Below, piece after piece: positions 8,414 to 17,311 of a stretch of 32,000 nucleotides of DNA. The position numbers and the translations under genes are program-made. Within the stretch, counting starts at the first letter, position 1, and every line of letters starts with the position of its first letter. Source of the stretch: Candidatus Altimarinota bacterium. GTDB lineage: Bacteria; Patescibacteriota; Gracilibacteria; UBA1369. A model generated the notes under the pieces. The model did no database searches and had not been told where the DNA came from. It saw only the letters and a program-made list of their open reading frames with translations. Location: the NCBI GenBank assembly GCA_041659405.1, contig JBAZYK010000004.1:30001-62000 (forward strand), read 5' to 3'.

Positions 8414-9043
8414 CTAGCCTTTTTCCGACAAAATCGCTTCGATTGGCTCTCCATTAATCAAAATCTCGGCATTTAGGCCAACCGGAAATTGTTGGACCGT
8501 TGCTTTAATCTGTTCCACAAAGCGTGGGCTATCACAAAGGCCGCCCAAAGCATACTTGCCGGAGATTTTAACCGTTGTTTTACCGGTCACAACCGTAACA
8601 CTGTCCACTTTTAGCGTTGATTGATAAAGAGCGTTATAAAGGCCACTTTCGCCATAAAATTGACCCTTCACGGAAAAGAGCCCGGTAAGTGCGGATTTAA
8701 TTGGGTCATCTGTTGGATCAACATTTTGGTCCACAGGAATTAAGCTGTCATTGCAGCCAATTTTTTCCCCGGATTTGCCATTATCCTCAAGCGCCACCAG
8801 ATAATATTTAGCCAGTTTCAGTGGACTGATTTGTAAAATTTCAGGATTCGGGAATTTCACAACCGGCGAATTTGTTTGAGTAAGGGTAGATTGCGTGGAA
8901 GTGCCGGGCAAATACTGGGTTTGTAGCGTTCTTACATCTTGCGTTTGGGTAGTCGCCTGTGGTTTTTGACTTGCGCCGGAAGATTGGCATCCGGAAAACA
9001 CAATCAAAGAAAGAAAAATCAACGAAGCAAATATTTTTTTCAT
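8414..9043 (-). CDS. lipoprotein with a GerMN-like domain
   Basis: Lipobox MKKIFASLIFLSLIVFSGCQSS. Core KLAKYYLVALEDNG...DPIKSALTGLFS...LKVDSVTVVTGKTTVKISG resembles GerMN. Confidence 0.65.
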   Translation of the reverse strand: MKKIFASLIFLSLIVFSGCQSSGASQKPQATTQTQDVRTLQTQYLPGTSTQSTLTQTNSPVVKFPNPEILQISPLKLAKYYLVALEDNGKSGEKIGCNDSLIPVDQNVDPTDDPIKSALTGLFSVKGQFYGESGLYNALYQSTLKVDSVTVVTGKTTVKISGKYALGGLCDSPRFVEQIKATVQQFPVGLNAEILINGEPIEAILSEKG

Positions 9044-9125
9044 AAAAAGCAGGATTAAAAATAATCTTCCTCCACGATATACCCTATATACAACGGAAAC
9101 AAGCTGTGGCCATTTAAAAATGGCT

Positions 9126-10004
9126 TCAAATCAAGGAAACTCCCGCTAACATCACCATAACCCCTGCGAATTTAAGTGCAAAAGTGGACGCTTTTATTTT
9201 TTCATCGATCACTCTTGGATAAATTAGACTCAAAAAAAGCGTGAACAGTAAAACAAAAAACGGCTGAGTGGCCATTAATGCGTTTATCAGGCTGATCGCC
9301 CCAAACCCGGAAGCAAAAGTTAAAATCAAATAGGCTAAAAAGCTGAACGATTCATTCAAAACAACCAGTCCCGCGGCGGGCAGTTTTTGTAAAAATAACC
9401 GTTTCAAATCTGCAAAATTATAAATTAATATCGGAATGATAATTACAAATGAACTTATCCTGATATAGGCAAAAACCGTCCAATAATCCAAAAAATTCAA
9501 CAAATATTTAAGTATAACCTGATTTATGGCTATGCACAGAGCAGATAAAATCGTGAATAAAAACCCCAGTCTGCTTTTAAAAGCCAAAGATTTTTTGAAG
9601 GAAAGAAAAATCGCGCCAATCACAAGCAGAAAAACACCAAGATAATTTTGGATAGTCAAACTTTCATTCAAGAAAATTCCGGCAAGTAACAAAATAAAAA
9701 GCGGATTAATATAAAAAAGAGGAACAACCTTGGAAACATCTTCAAGTTCCATGGCCTTAAAATAAAAATAGAGCATCCCCACAAAACTCAAACTGGAAAT
9801 AAATGCCAATAAAAGTTGACCCCCCGTAATCAAAACAAAACCATTCCAGGCAAAAGCTCCAAGCCCAAAAACAAGGCCAACCATAGCTGAAACAAGCAGC
9901 ATCAACACGGGTTTACATTTAAAATTGGCAAGGACAAATTTATCGGAAATGCAAACTCCGGCAAAAATTGCGGCAGCCAAAATTGAAAGAAAAATCCAGG
10001 ACAC
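9126..10004 (-). CDS. EamA/DMT-family transporter
   Basis: 292 aa with about 10 hydrophobic helices. Pattern PLFYINPLFILLLAGIFLNESLTIQNYLGVFLLVIGAIFL is typical of the EamA domain. Confidence 0.85.
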   Translation of the reverse strand: MSWIFLSILAAAIFAGVCISDKFVLANFKCKPVLMLLVSAMVGLVFGLGAFAWNGFVLITGGQLLLAFISSLSFVGMLYFYFKAMELEDVSKVVPLFYINPLFILLLAGIFLNESLTIQNYLGVFLLVIGAIFLSFKKSLAFKSRLGFLFTILSALCIAINQVILKYLLNFLDYWTVFAYIRISSFVIIIPILIYNFADLKRLFLQKLPAAGLVVLNESFSFLAYLILTFASGFGAISLINALMATQPFFVLLFTLFLSLIYPRVIDEKIKASTFALKFAGVMVMLAGVSLI

Positions 10005-10087
10005 GGCTAGTCAATTATGAATTTTTTGTACTTGATAAAAACACGCCTTTCAAGTATCAATCTAAACACACTATAACACAAATTTTT

Positions 10088-10726
10088 ATGCAAGAAACCA
10101 TTATCAAAAGCCTAAATTGGCGCTATGCAGCCAAAACTTTTGATCCAAATAAAAAAATCACCCAAGAAGAATTAAACACAATTTTAGAAAGTGGACGTTT
10201 GGCTCCAAGTTCTTTTGGGATTGAGGCCTGGAAATTTATTGTGGTTGAAAATCCGGAAATCAGAACCGCACTGCGCGCGGCCAGTTGGGATCAAACCAAA
10301 GTAACCGACGCGTCACATTTGATTGTGATAGCTTATCGCACCGATGGCGAAAATATTGCCAAGGAATTACTTGAACGCACAGCTAAAATACAAAATGTAG
10401 ACATTTCCACTCTTGCCGGATTTAAACAAATGCTGGAAGGCGCAATCGCGAATAAAAAAAATGATGGCACATTAGAGTCCTGGATTAAAGCCCAGTCCTA
10501 TATTCCTTTTGGAATTATGACAGAAACCGCCGCATTGCTTGGAATAGATACCTGCCCAATGGAAGGCTTTATGCCGGATCAGGTTGATGCAATTTTGGGT
10601 TTAAAAGAAAAGAATCTTCACAGCGTTACAATGCTGGCTATTGGATACCGCAGCGCAGAAGACCAGGCTGCCCAAAAGCCAAAAGTCCGTCGCAGTTTTG
10701 ATGAAGTGGTGGAGTTTGTTAAATAA
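10088..10726 (+). CDS. nitroreductase family protein (NfsB-like)
   Basis: NWRYAAKTFDPNKKITQEELNTILESGRLAPSSFGIEAWKFIVVENPE and the MEGFMPDQVDAILGL region. Start placed at the internal ATG of the longer ORF. Confidence 0.9.
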   Translation: MQETIIKSLNWRYAAKTFDPNKKITQEELNTILESGRLAPSSFGIEAWKFIVVENPEIRTALRAASWDQTKVTDASHLIVIAYRTDGENIAKELLERTAKIQNVDISTLAGFKQMLEGAIANKKNDGTLESWIKAQSYIPFGIMTETAALLGIDTCPMEGFMPDQVDAILGLKEKNLHSVTMLAIGYRSAEDQAAQKPKVRRSFDEVVEFVK

Positions 10727-10775
10727 TAGCCGCACAAGAAGTGCTTACAAACAGCCGCGGAGCGAGCTCCGCCAC

Positions 10776-13565
10776 CTAATCTTTTAGCACTGGAATTTCA
10801 AACCAGAAGGTGCTGCCTTCATTTTCTACACTGTTAAAGCCGATTTTTCCTTCGTGCTGCTCTACAAAATATTTTGCGATATATAAGCCCAAACCAAACG
10901 CATCAGTTTGCATAACGGAGGCATTTGAAGCACGGAAAAAGCGCTCAAAAACACGATGTTGTTCATGCGCGGGAATACCAATTCCATTATCGGTTACTTC
11001 AAACCGGACAACATTTTTTTTATTGGATAATAAAACGGTAATATTGCCGCCATCTTTTGTGTAGGCAACAGCATTTTCCACTAATTTAGTAATTATTGAT
11101 CTGATTTTTTCAGCGTCACCCTGGATAGCCGAAAATTCACTGTCTTTTGAATCATATTTCAGTTTCAATCCTTTCAAATCGCAAGCCTTTTTGGCTTCCT
11201 GGATTACCGCCTCGGCAATGCTTTCAAGCGCCACCTCTTCAGTATTCAAAGGTACGCGGCCTTCTTCAATATCCATAGCTGTAAGCAGATCTTTAATGCG
11301 ATTGGTAATTTTAATGCTGGCGGAGTGTGTACTTTCCAGAAATTTTTTCTGTATTTCATCCAGTTTTCCAAATTCGCCATTTAGCAGCATTTCCAGATTC
11401 CAGTTTATGGCGGAAAGTGGCGTGCGCAATTGATGGGACATAATATTCAAAAATTTACCACGCAGCTCGTTTAATTCCTTGATGTGACTTTCCGCTTGCC
11501 TAAGGTCACTGATGTCATGTGCCGCGGCAAAAACTCCAACAACTTTTTCATTTTCATCTTTGTAAACGCTGGCATTGTATAAAACCGGCGTCAGATGGCC
11601 ATCTTTACTCTTAATTTCCAAAGGATAGTTTCTGATGACGCCTTCTTTAAAGACCTTTTCATAACCCGCCAGGGCTTTTTCCGGATTGGTAAAATAATCA
11701 GAGAAATCCGTATTAAACAGCTCCTTAGCGGATCTACCGGTTATTTTAATGGTTGCAGCATTCACATCGGTAATTTTTCCATCTGGGCCAATAACCGCCA
11801 TCGGATCCAAACTAGACTCGATCAGCCTTCTATTATAGGCACCAGCTTTACGCAAATCCTCCTGGGATTTTTTTTGTTCTTCATTGGCGCGTATAGCTTT
11901 AATTCCAAAAGAAAGATCTTCGGCAAGCTCGTTTAGCAGGGCAATGTCTTCCTCAGAAAATGCATTCGGAATTGATGCATAGATATTGATTGCTCCAATG
12001 ATTTCACCATCAATTTTGAGTGGAGCGACAACGCTTGATGCATAGCCACGTTTTAATGCTGCTTCACGCCAGGGCCCAAAATTGGGGTCCGTCTCCATAT
12101 TTTTAACCATGCAGATTTTACCGGTTCTAATAGCGGTTCCGGTAGGGCCGCGGCCGCGTTCGGTATCCTCCCAGGTTATGTGTGCTATTTCAGGATAATT
12201 ATCTGTAAAACCTGCCTCCGCAACCAGTCGGACATTTTTTTCTTGATCCTTTTCAGCATATCCAACCCATACCATTCTGTATCCGCCTTCATCAATAACA
12301 GTTTGGCAGATATCATTTAAAAGTGCCTGCTCATTCTTTGCATGGACAAGCACAGTGTTACATTTGCTGATGGTTTTAAGTGAACGGATTATTTGGACAA
12401 GCTTCTTTTCATTATCCTTGCGCTCCGTTATATCTTGCGCCGTGCCGCGCAGTCCAACGATTTTTTTCTGTGCGTCTAATTTTACTTCCCCACGGGCCAT
12501 AATCCATCTTGTTTCAGTTTTCGGATTAAGAAACTCCAATTCCAGCTCATAAGGTTCTCCGGTCTTCATACTTTTTGTAACCGCCTCATCAAGGCGTTTG
12601 GCACTTTCGCCCGTATAAGCTTTCAGGCGTTCATGATAATTTGGGGTTGGCAGTTTTGGATCATGGCCGATGATGTAGTGATACTCGTCAGACCAGATAA
12701 TTACATCGGTCGCTATATCCCAGTCCCAGCTGCCTATGCGCGCGAGCCGTTGTGCTTCTTTAAAATCGGCTTCATTCCTGCGAATAGTTTCCATTGCCTG
12801 CCTTCGTTCAGTAACATCTCTAAAAACGCCCATCAAATAGGTTTTTTCGCCAATCATTACCGGAGAGGCATTAATATCTGCATAAAATATACTACCGTCC
12901 TTTCTTTTTACGGGAATATCTTTTGATGATTCAAACTCTTTTTTTACCAGTCTTTCAAACTGATTAATCGCATAAGGCAGATCTTTTTCGGTATGAATAT
13001 CTGCAACTCCCAAAGTCTTAATTTCATCAACGCTATAACCAAGCATTCTACAGAACGCCTTATTCGCATCATGAAATTTTTTGCTTTCCAAATCGGCTAA
13101 AACTATTCCATCGTTCGCATTATCAAACATCGTTCTGAATTTTTGCTCCGATTGTTTTATAGCTTCTTCCACCCTTTTACGCTCGGTGATATCACGTGCC
13201 GTGGCATAGGTAATGCCTTCACTTTTTTCATAATTGGCACGCCACGATAGCCAGATCACGGTGCCGTCTTTGCACATATAACGGTTTTCAAAATTTAGCG
13301 TAAAACCAACCTGCATTTGCCGCGCCATTTCATCCCGGGTCGCCTGCTGATCATCAGGATGGATAAAGTCAATAAACGGTTTTGAAATAAGTTCTGCCTC
13401 GGAATATCCAAGTATTTTCAAACACGTTGGATTCACTTTTTTAAAACAACCAAGCGGATCCGCAATCACCATGATATCGGTAGAGAGCTGAAAGAATTTA
13501 AAAAATTGCTCGCGCTCCTCTTCCGCCTTTTTTACATCGGTATTATCCGGATTTTTGTTTTCCAT
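10776..13565 (-). CDS. multi-PAS/GAF sensor histidine kinase
   Basis: Several PAS domains (PAC motifs GVFRDVTERR, GTAQDITERK, GVFAAAHDIS), GAF, H-box IMSHQLRTPLSAI, N-box KLVENAVAYT and G-boxes DNGIGIP/FGLGLYIAK. Confidence 0.95.
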   Translation of the reverse strand: MENKNPDNTDVKKAEEEREQFFKFFQLSTDIMVIADPLGCFKKVNPTCLKILGYSEAELISKPFIDFIHPDDQQATRDEMARQMQVGFTLNFENRYMCKDGTVIWLSWRANYEKSEGITYATARDITERKRVEEAIKQSEQKFRTMFDNANDGIVLADLESKKFHDANKAFCRMLGYSVDEIKTLGVADIHTEKDLPYAINQFERLVKKEFESSKDIPVKRKDGSIFYADINASPVMIGEKTYLMGVFRDVTERRQAMETIRRNEADFKEAQRLARIGSWDWDIATDVIIWSDEYHYIIGHDPKLPTPNYHERLKAYTGESAKRLDEAVTKSMKTGEPYELELEFLNPKTETRWIMARGEVKLDAQKKIVGLRGTAQDITERKDNEKKLVQIIRSLKTISKCNTVLVHAKNEQALLNDICQTVIDEGGYRMVWVGYAEKDQEKNVRLVAEAGFTDNYPEIAHITWEDTERGRGPTGTAIRTGKICMVKNMETDPNFGPWREAALKRGYASSVVAPLKIDGEIIGAINIYASIPNAFSEEDIALLNELAEDLSFGIKAIRANEEQKKSQEDLRKAGAYNRRLIESSLDPMAVIGPDGKITDVNAATIKITGRSAKELFNTDFSDYFTNPEKALAGYEKVFKEGVIRNYPLEIKSKDGHLTPVLYNASVYKDENEKVVGVFAAAHDISDLRQAESHIKELNELRGKFLNIMSHQLRTPLSAINWNLEMLLNGEFGKLDEIQKKFLESTHSASIKITNRIKDLLTAMDIEEGRVPLNTEEVALESIAEAVIQEAKKACDLKGLKLKYDSKDSEFSAIQGDAEKIRSIITKLVENAVAYTKDGGNITVLLSNKKNVVRFEVTDNGIGIPAHEQHRVFERFFRASNASVMQTDAFGLGLYIAKYFVEQHEGKIGFNSVENEGSTFWFEIPVLKD

Positions 13566-13859
13566 ATGCCAAATTTACAATATCAGGTAATTATAGCACA
13601 ATTACCCCTGGAAAGTCGAACCTTTTCTGGTGGAAAACGGTAGTAGTAAACCTAATGTGAAGCCTCAGTATTTTGAACTTTTTTGATCGTCACCTTTTTC
13701 CCGGGGTCAATTCCATTAGCCGTAAACTGATCAGGCTGATTTAATAATTCCTTTGCCCCCTGCCCAACCTTATATTATACAATATATTTGACCAAAGCGG
13801 AATAGACATTGCCAGAGCGTTAAAAGAGGGTTAAAATCCGCATCCTATCCACAAAGGCT

Positions 13860-15596
13860 ATGGAAACATCACCACCAAACAACGGCAACGTCGAAAATGA
13901 TCGCCCAATGGAGGATCGCATTTCAAAACTTGGGTATTTTTCGATGTTATCGGAGAGGTATCCGTTAAACACCGAAGTTGTAGCCTGTTCTACACCGGAA
14001 AGTGCCAATTTCCTGGCACTCGAAAAGGAATACATGAATATTCCTCCGGAATTGCATTTTGAGGCTTTAAAAGACAGTATTCCCCCGGAACATCAGGCAA
14101 GAATCCAGAAAATTTGGGAGGTTGTTCAAGGTCACCGGGAAGACTGGAAGAATATATCAAGGGCATTAAAGACAAAATGGAACTATGTCCCGGAATCTGC
14201 GGACGAAATTGCCAAGGATACAGTAAATAAAACAAGAATGGCTATAAGGGACCAGCTTAAAAAGGCCGCTGTCGTTTTGATCAGTAAAGAAGATATGTCC
14301 TACGATTCATCGGCAGAACTTTCTCGTGTGAATTTGTGGCAAATTGAAGAAAAAGGTTTAAGAGAACAATATTATGATGCGGATAAAAATTATTTGGTCG
14401 CGCTTCGTTTGTATTATGAAATGTTACTGGAAAGACCTGGGCAAGGACAAGCAGGCGATCCTGTTTTGCCGGAGGATCATCCGGAGCGTTGGAATATTGT
14501 TTTCAGAAACAGATATGCAAGATTAATTGATGCTGCCCACCAGAGCATTTCTTTAGCCAAGGCTGCGCATCATAGCCAAAGTAAAAAACGTATTCGTAAA
14601 ACCCGGGAAGAGCCTTTTATTTTTCATCCTTTGGCGGTTACTTTACGTTTTATTCAGGACGTTCTGCCGTACGTAATTAAAGAGCCACAATTGCCAATGG
14701 ACTTTATAAAAGGAATTATTATTACCGCAGTTCATGATTTACCGGAAGATACGGAATTAGCAGTTGAAGACATTATTGACTTTATTAAACCCCGTGCGGA
14801 TAAGTACGACAGCGGTTTGGACCAGGTCATTGAAAGTGGATTTGGTCATCGCAGAGATGAAATCAAGAAAAAGCAGCTGGATTTAATGCGTCCACATGTC
14901 CTGGATGCCGTGCGTTTGGCGTTACGCATAGTCACCAATGGTACGACTTTTACCGATCAGGATGAAAAAATTGCGCTTCAAAGAAATCGTTTGGGGGAAG
15001 AACGCACGATGGAGGTTTTAGGAATTACAGAGCGGGGAGTTCTACAGGAAGTAATGCGCAGATTTGGCATACAGGGTTCCGGGGAAACATTGAATACGGT
15101 CAAAGAATTTCCATTGGAAAAAGATACCATTAGTGACAAGGACCGGCTAAAAATGGATTCTCTATTATTAAGGATTGAAACATTTGCCCGCACGGGAAAC
15201 GAGGTGAGGGTCGGTGAAAACGCACTGAAAAACAGAAGGCTTATTCTTTGCACAAAAATGGGGGACAAGGGGCACAACAATTCACAACTTGCCGGACGTG
15301 AACTGGAGATTCAACGAAGTTCCCTGCGCGCAACGGTATCACGTTTATTGGCTTATGCTATTCTTGATTATGATTCATCAAAGGCTTCTCTTTATAATGC
15401 CTTACCGCGTTTGATTGATGAAACAATTTCGGAATATGAGCGATTTGAGCGAGACTTTCCGGGGCAAATAGAAGAGCTGGATATTGGATACTATAAAAAA
15501 CTGCTTGAATGGCAGCAGACCGTTAAGCGCTACAACCCCCCGGAACTTTTAAGAAATACAGTTGAGGAGTGGCACGCGGCGCATGAAAAAGCATGA
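13860..15596 (+). CDS. large protein with a divergent RelA/SpoT-type HD phosphohydrolase domain
   Basis: FIFHPLAVTLRFI...IITAVHDLPEDTELAVEDI...LILCTKMGDKGHNNSQL aligns by eye with SpoT HPLAVA...LLHDVVEDT...LVIKLADRLHNMRTL. No RSD (synthetase) or TGS motif seen. Confidence 0.65.
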   Translation: METSPPNNGNVENDRPMEDRISKLGYFSMLSERYPLNTEVVACSTPESANFLALEKEYMNIPPELHFEALKDSIPPEHQARIQKIWEVVQGHREDWKNISRALKTKWNYVPESADEIAKDTVNKTRMAIRDQLKKAAVVLISKEDMSYDSSAELSRVNLWQIEEKGLREQYYDADKNYLVALRLYYEMLLERPGQGQAGDPVLPEDHPERWNIVFRNRYARLIDAAHQSISLAKAAHHSQSKKRIRKTREEPFIFHPLAVTLRFIQDVLPYVIKEPQLPMDFIKGIIITAVHDLPEDTELAVEDIIDFIKPRADKYDSGLDQVIESGFGHRRDEIKKKQLDLMRPHVLDAVRLALRIVTNGTTFTDQDEKIALQRNRLGEERTMEVLGITERGVLQEVMRRFGIQGSGETLNTVKEFPLEKDTISDKDRLKMDSLLLRIETFARTGNEVRVGENALKNRRLILCTKMGDKGHNNSQLAGRELEIQRSSLRATVSRLLAYAILDYDSSKASLYNALPRLIDETISEYERFERDFPGQIEELDIGYYKKLLEWQQTVKRYNPPELLRNTVEEWHAAHEKA

Positions 15597-15750
15597 GCCG
15601 GCAAGCCTCGCCACTATTAAAAAACATGAGCCGGAAAACTGTGAGCAAAATGAGGATTTTTGAGGATTGGGTCTCGTGGGCCCCAACCGGAAAAAATCCG
15701 ATTAGTGCGAACAGTTTGTAGGCGAATAACAATATAGGGAAAAAGTTCCC

Positions 15751-15780
15751 AAAAGAAAAAACCGTTAGGTTTTGTCTTTT
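15751..15780 (-). terminator. candidate terminator hairpin downstream of tRNA-Ser(UGA)
   Basis: aaaagaaaaaaccgttaggttttgtctttt: same stem as at 866-895 with a changed loop. Confidence 0.55.
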
Positions 15781-15786
15781 GATTCT

Positions 15787-15806
15787 TGGCGGAGAGACTG
15801 GGATTC
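15787..15806 (-). repeat. duplicated tRNA-Ser 3' end (acceptor/T-arm 3' half plus CCA)
   Basis: TGGCGGAGAGACTGGGATTC is identical to 15886-15905, which is the 3' terminus of the intact tRNA-Ser. Confidence 0.85.
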
Positions 15807-15885
15807 ACCCTCCGGGTGTAAACTTCTCATCCCACCTACTCATCGAGTGAAAAATATCTCTACCTTCGGCAGAGCTACTTTTCAC

Positions 15886-15975
15886 TGGCGGAGAGACTGG
15901 GATTCGAACCCAGGAGGAGCTTGCGCCCCTAACGGTTTTCAAGACCGTCGCTTTCGACCGCTCAGCCATCTCTCC
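15886..15975 (-). tRNA. tRNA-Ser (anticodon UGA)
   Basis: Reverse complement GGAGAGAUGGCUGAGCGGUCGAAAGCGACGGUCUUGAAAACCGUUAGGGGCGCAAGCUCCUCCUGGGUUCGAAUCCCAGUCUCUCCGCCA. Confidence 0.96.
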
Positions 15976-16162
15976 TTAATTGTAACGCTCACTGCGCTCC
16001 GGACTGGCAGAGCCAGATCCTTCGCTTGTTCGCCCTCGGCCCGTGGCCTCGGTTTTGTGTTGCTGCGCCTCGCGCTTTGCGCACCTGCTGTTTTTGCCCT
16101 TGCAGCGCCGATACTATACAAAATTACACAGTTCACTGCAACGCATTTTTGGCTTACTATTT

Positions 16163-16423
16163 TTAATAAAGCTGACTATGGCTTCCAACCTTCAATAACA
16201 CAACCACGATATGATTTTTTTCTTGTTTATAAATAATTCTTAAATCAAAAGCCGCGTCGATAGAATTACAACCTTTATATTTGCCTTTTAAGGCATGATT
16301 TCGCAGTTTTGCATCAAGTGGATTTTTGTAAAACAAAACGATCGCCTCATCAATTAAGGCTTGTTGCTGGGGACTTAGCTTCCGGTATTGCTTTGTAAAA
16401 TTTTTATGCCTGAATAGCTGCAT
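16163..16423 (-). CDS. RelE/YafQ-family toxin
   Basis: 86 aa. KNFTKQYRKLSPQQQALIDEAIVLFYKNPLDAKLRNHALKGKYKGCNSIDAAFDLRIIYKQEKNHIVVVLLKVGSHSQLY is typical of YafQ/RelE, and it overlaps the antitoxin by 1 nt. Confidence 0.88.
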   Translation of the reverse strand: MQLFRHKNFTKQYRKLSPQQQALIDEAIVLFYKNPLDAKLRNHALKGKYKGCNSIDAAFDLRIIYKQEKNHIVVVLLKVGSHSQLY

Positions 16424-16713
16424 TATTTTTTCAAGCTATTAATAAACTTTTTTGCTGAATTAAATGGGCCCTCTAAATTCTTGCCCTGTGCTGCATCATG
16501 CAATGCCATATCCAGTTCTTCTCTTTCTGTTGAGGTGAAATTATTTTCATCTCTTATCACCATCACAGTTGCGATTTGAATTTTGCCATCAGCAAAATCG
16601 TTTAAAAGAATGCGAGCCACGCCGGAAAGAGACAAATGCATTTTTTTCGCCATTTGGTCTGCTTTTTGCTTGGTTATTTTGTCTATTGAAAGTGTTGTTT
16701 GATCCTTGGCCAT
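16423..16713 (-). CDS. RelB/DinJ-type antitoxin
   Basis: TTLSIDKITKQKADQMAKKMHLSLSGVARILLNDFADG is an RHH-like N-terminus. It lies immediately upstream of the toxin gene. Confidence 0.82.
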   Translation of the reverse strand: MAKDQTTLSIDKITKQKADQMAKKMHLSLSGVARILLNDFADGKIQIATVMVIRDENNFTSTEREELDMALHDAAQGKNLEGPFNSAKKFINSLKK

Positions 16714-16903
16714 GATAATTATATAAAAAACAATGAAATTACATGAATATTGTATAGGAATTATGGATTAAGGTCAAATTTTATTCCTGCTTTTTGCGGA
16801 AATTTTATAAATATTTAAGTTCTGCGTTAGAATTTTTTAATGTCGAAGTGATAAAAAGATAGTCCACACAGTTTTTTGGACTTCATTTTTTTACCCAAAA
16901 TAT

Positions 16904-17311
16904 ATGAACAAAAATAAACAAAATCAGCCACAGCCTAAAACCTATGAAGTCAAAGAAACCGAACCGCTTACTTTGGGTGACCTGAGCCTTTATCCGGACA
17001 CTTACGAGGCTTATAGCGGCGACAAAAAAATGCCTTTGCGCAGGAAAGAATATCAGCTGCTGGAATTTTTACTTCGCAACAAAAACCGCGTTTTAAATCG
17101 TCACACAATCTTGGAATACATTTGGGATTACGACACCCGGGCCATAACCAATACTTTGGATGTTCATATTGCTTCCCTTCGCCGGAAAATCGAAAAATAC
17201 GGTCAGAAAAAGACCATCAAAACAGTTCACGGTTCCGGCTACAAAATTTGCGACCTTTCAAACGCAGCATTATCATCCAATCAAACACAATTGCCCTTCC
17301 CCAATTTATAA
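16904..17311 (+). CDS. stand-alone OmpR/PhoB-type winged-helix DNA-binding protein
   Basis: MPLRRKEYQLLEFLLRNKNRVLNRHTILEYIWDYDTRAITNTLDVHIASLRRKIEKYGQKKTIKTVHGSGYKI; no receiver domain. Confidence 0.9.
   Translation: MNKNKQNQPQPKTYEVKETEPLTLGDLSLYPDTYEAYSGDKKMPLRRKEYQLLEFLLRNKNRVLNRHTILEYIWDYDTRAITNTLDVHIASLRRKIEKYGQKKTIKTVHGSGYKICDLSNAALSSNQTQLPFPNL

Noticed and set aside
11595-12926. Minus/plus shadow ORFs opposite the histidine kinase, and similar antisense ORFs across nusA, recA and dprA
   Set aside because: Fully overlapped by convincing conserved genes, with no recognisable domains.
15661-15690. GTCTCGTGGGC resembles part of the Nextera transposase adapter (possible contamination)
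   Set aside because: The match is only about 11 nt. It recurs in a diverged form at 787-797 (GTCTTGTGGGT) inside a longer conserved element, and the mosaic-end sequence is absent.
15772-16236. 154-aa plus-strand ORF across the tRNA-Ser region
   Set aside because: It spans an intact antisense tRNA and GC-rich intergenic DNA. The peptide repeats WRRDWDS because of the duplicated tRNA end.
16163-16713. RelE/RelB-type pair considered as a novel system
   Set aside because: The domain signatures and 1-nt overlap fit a standard type II toxin-antitoxin module.
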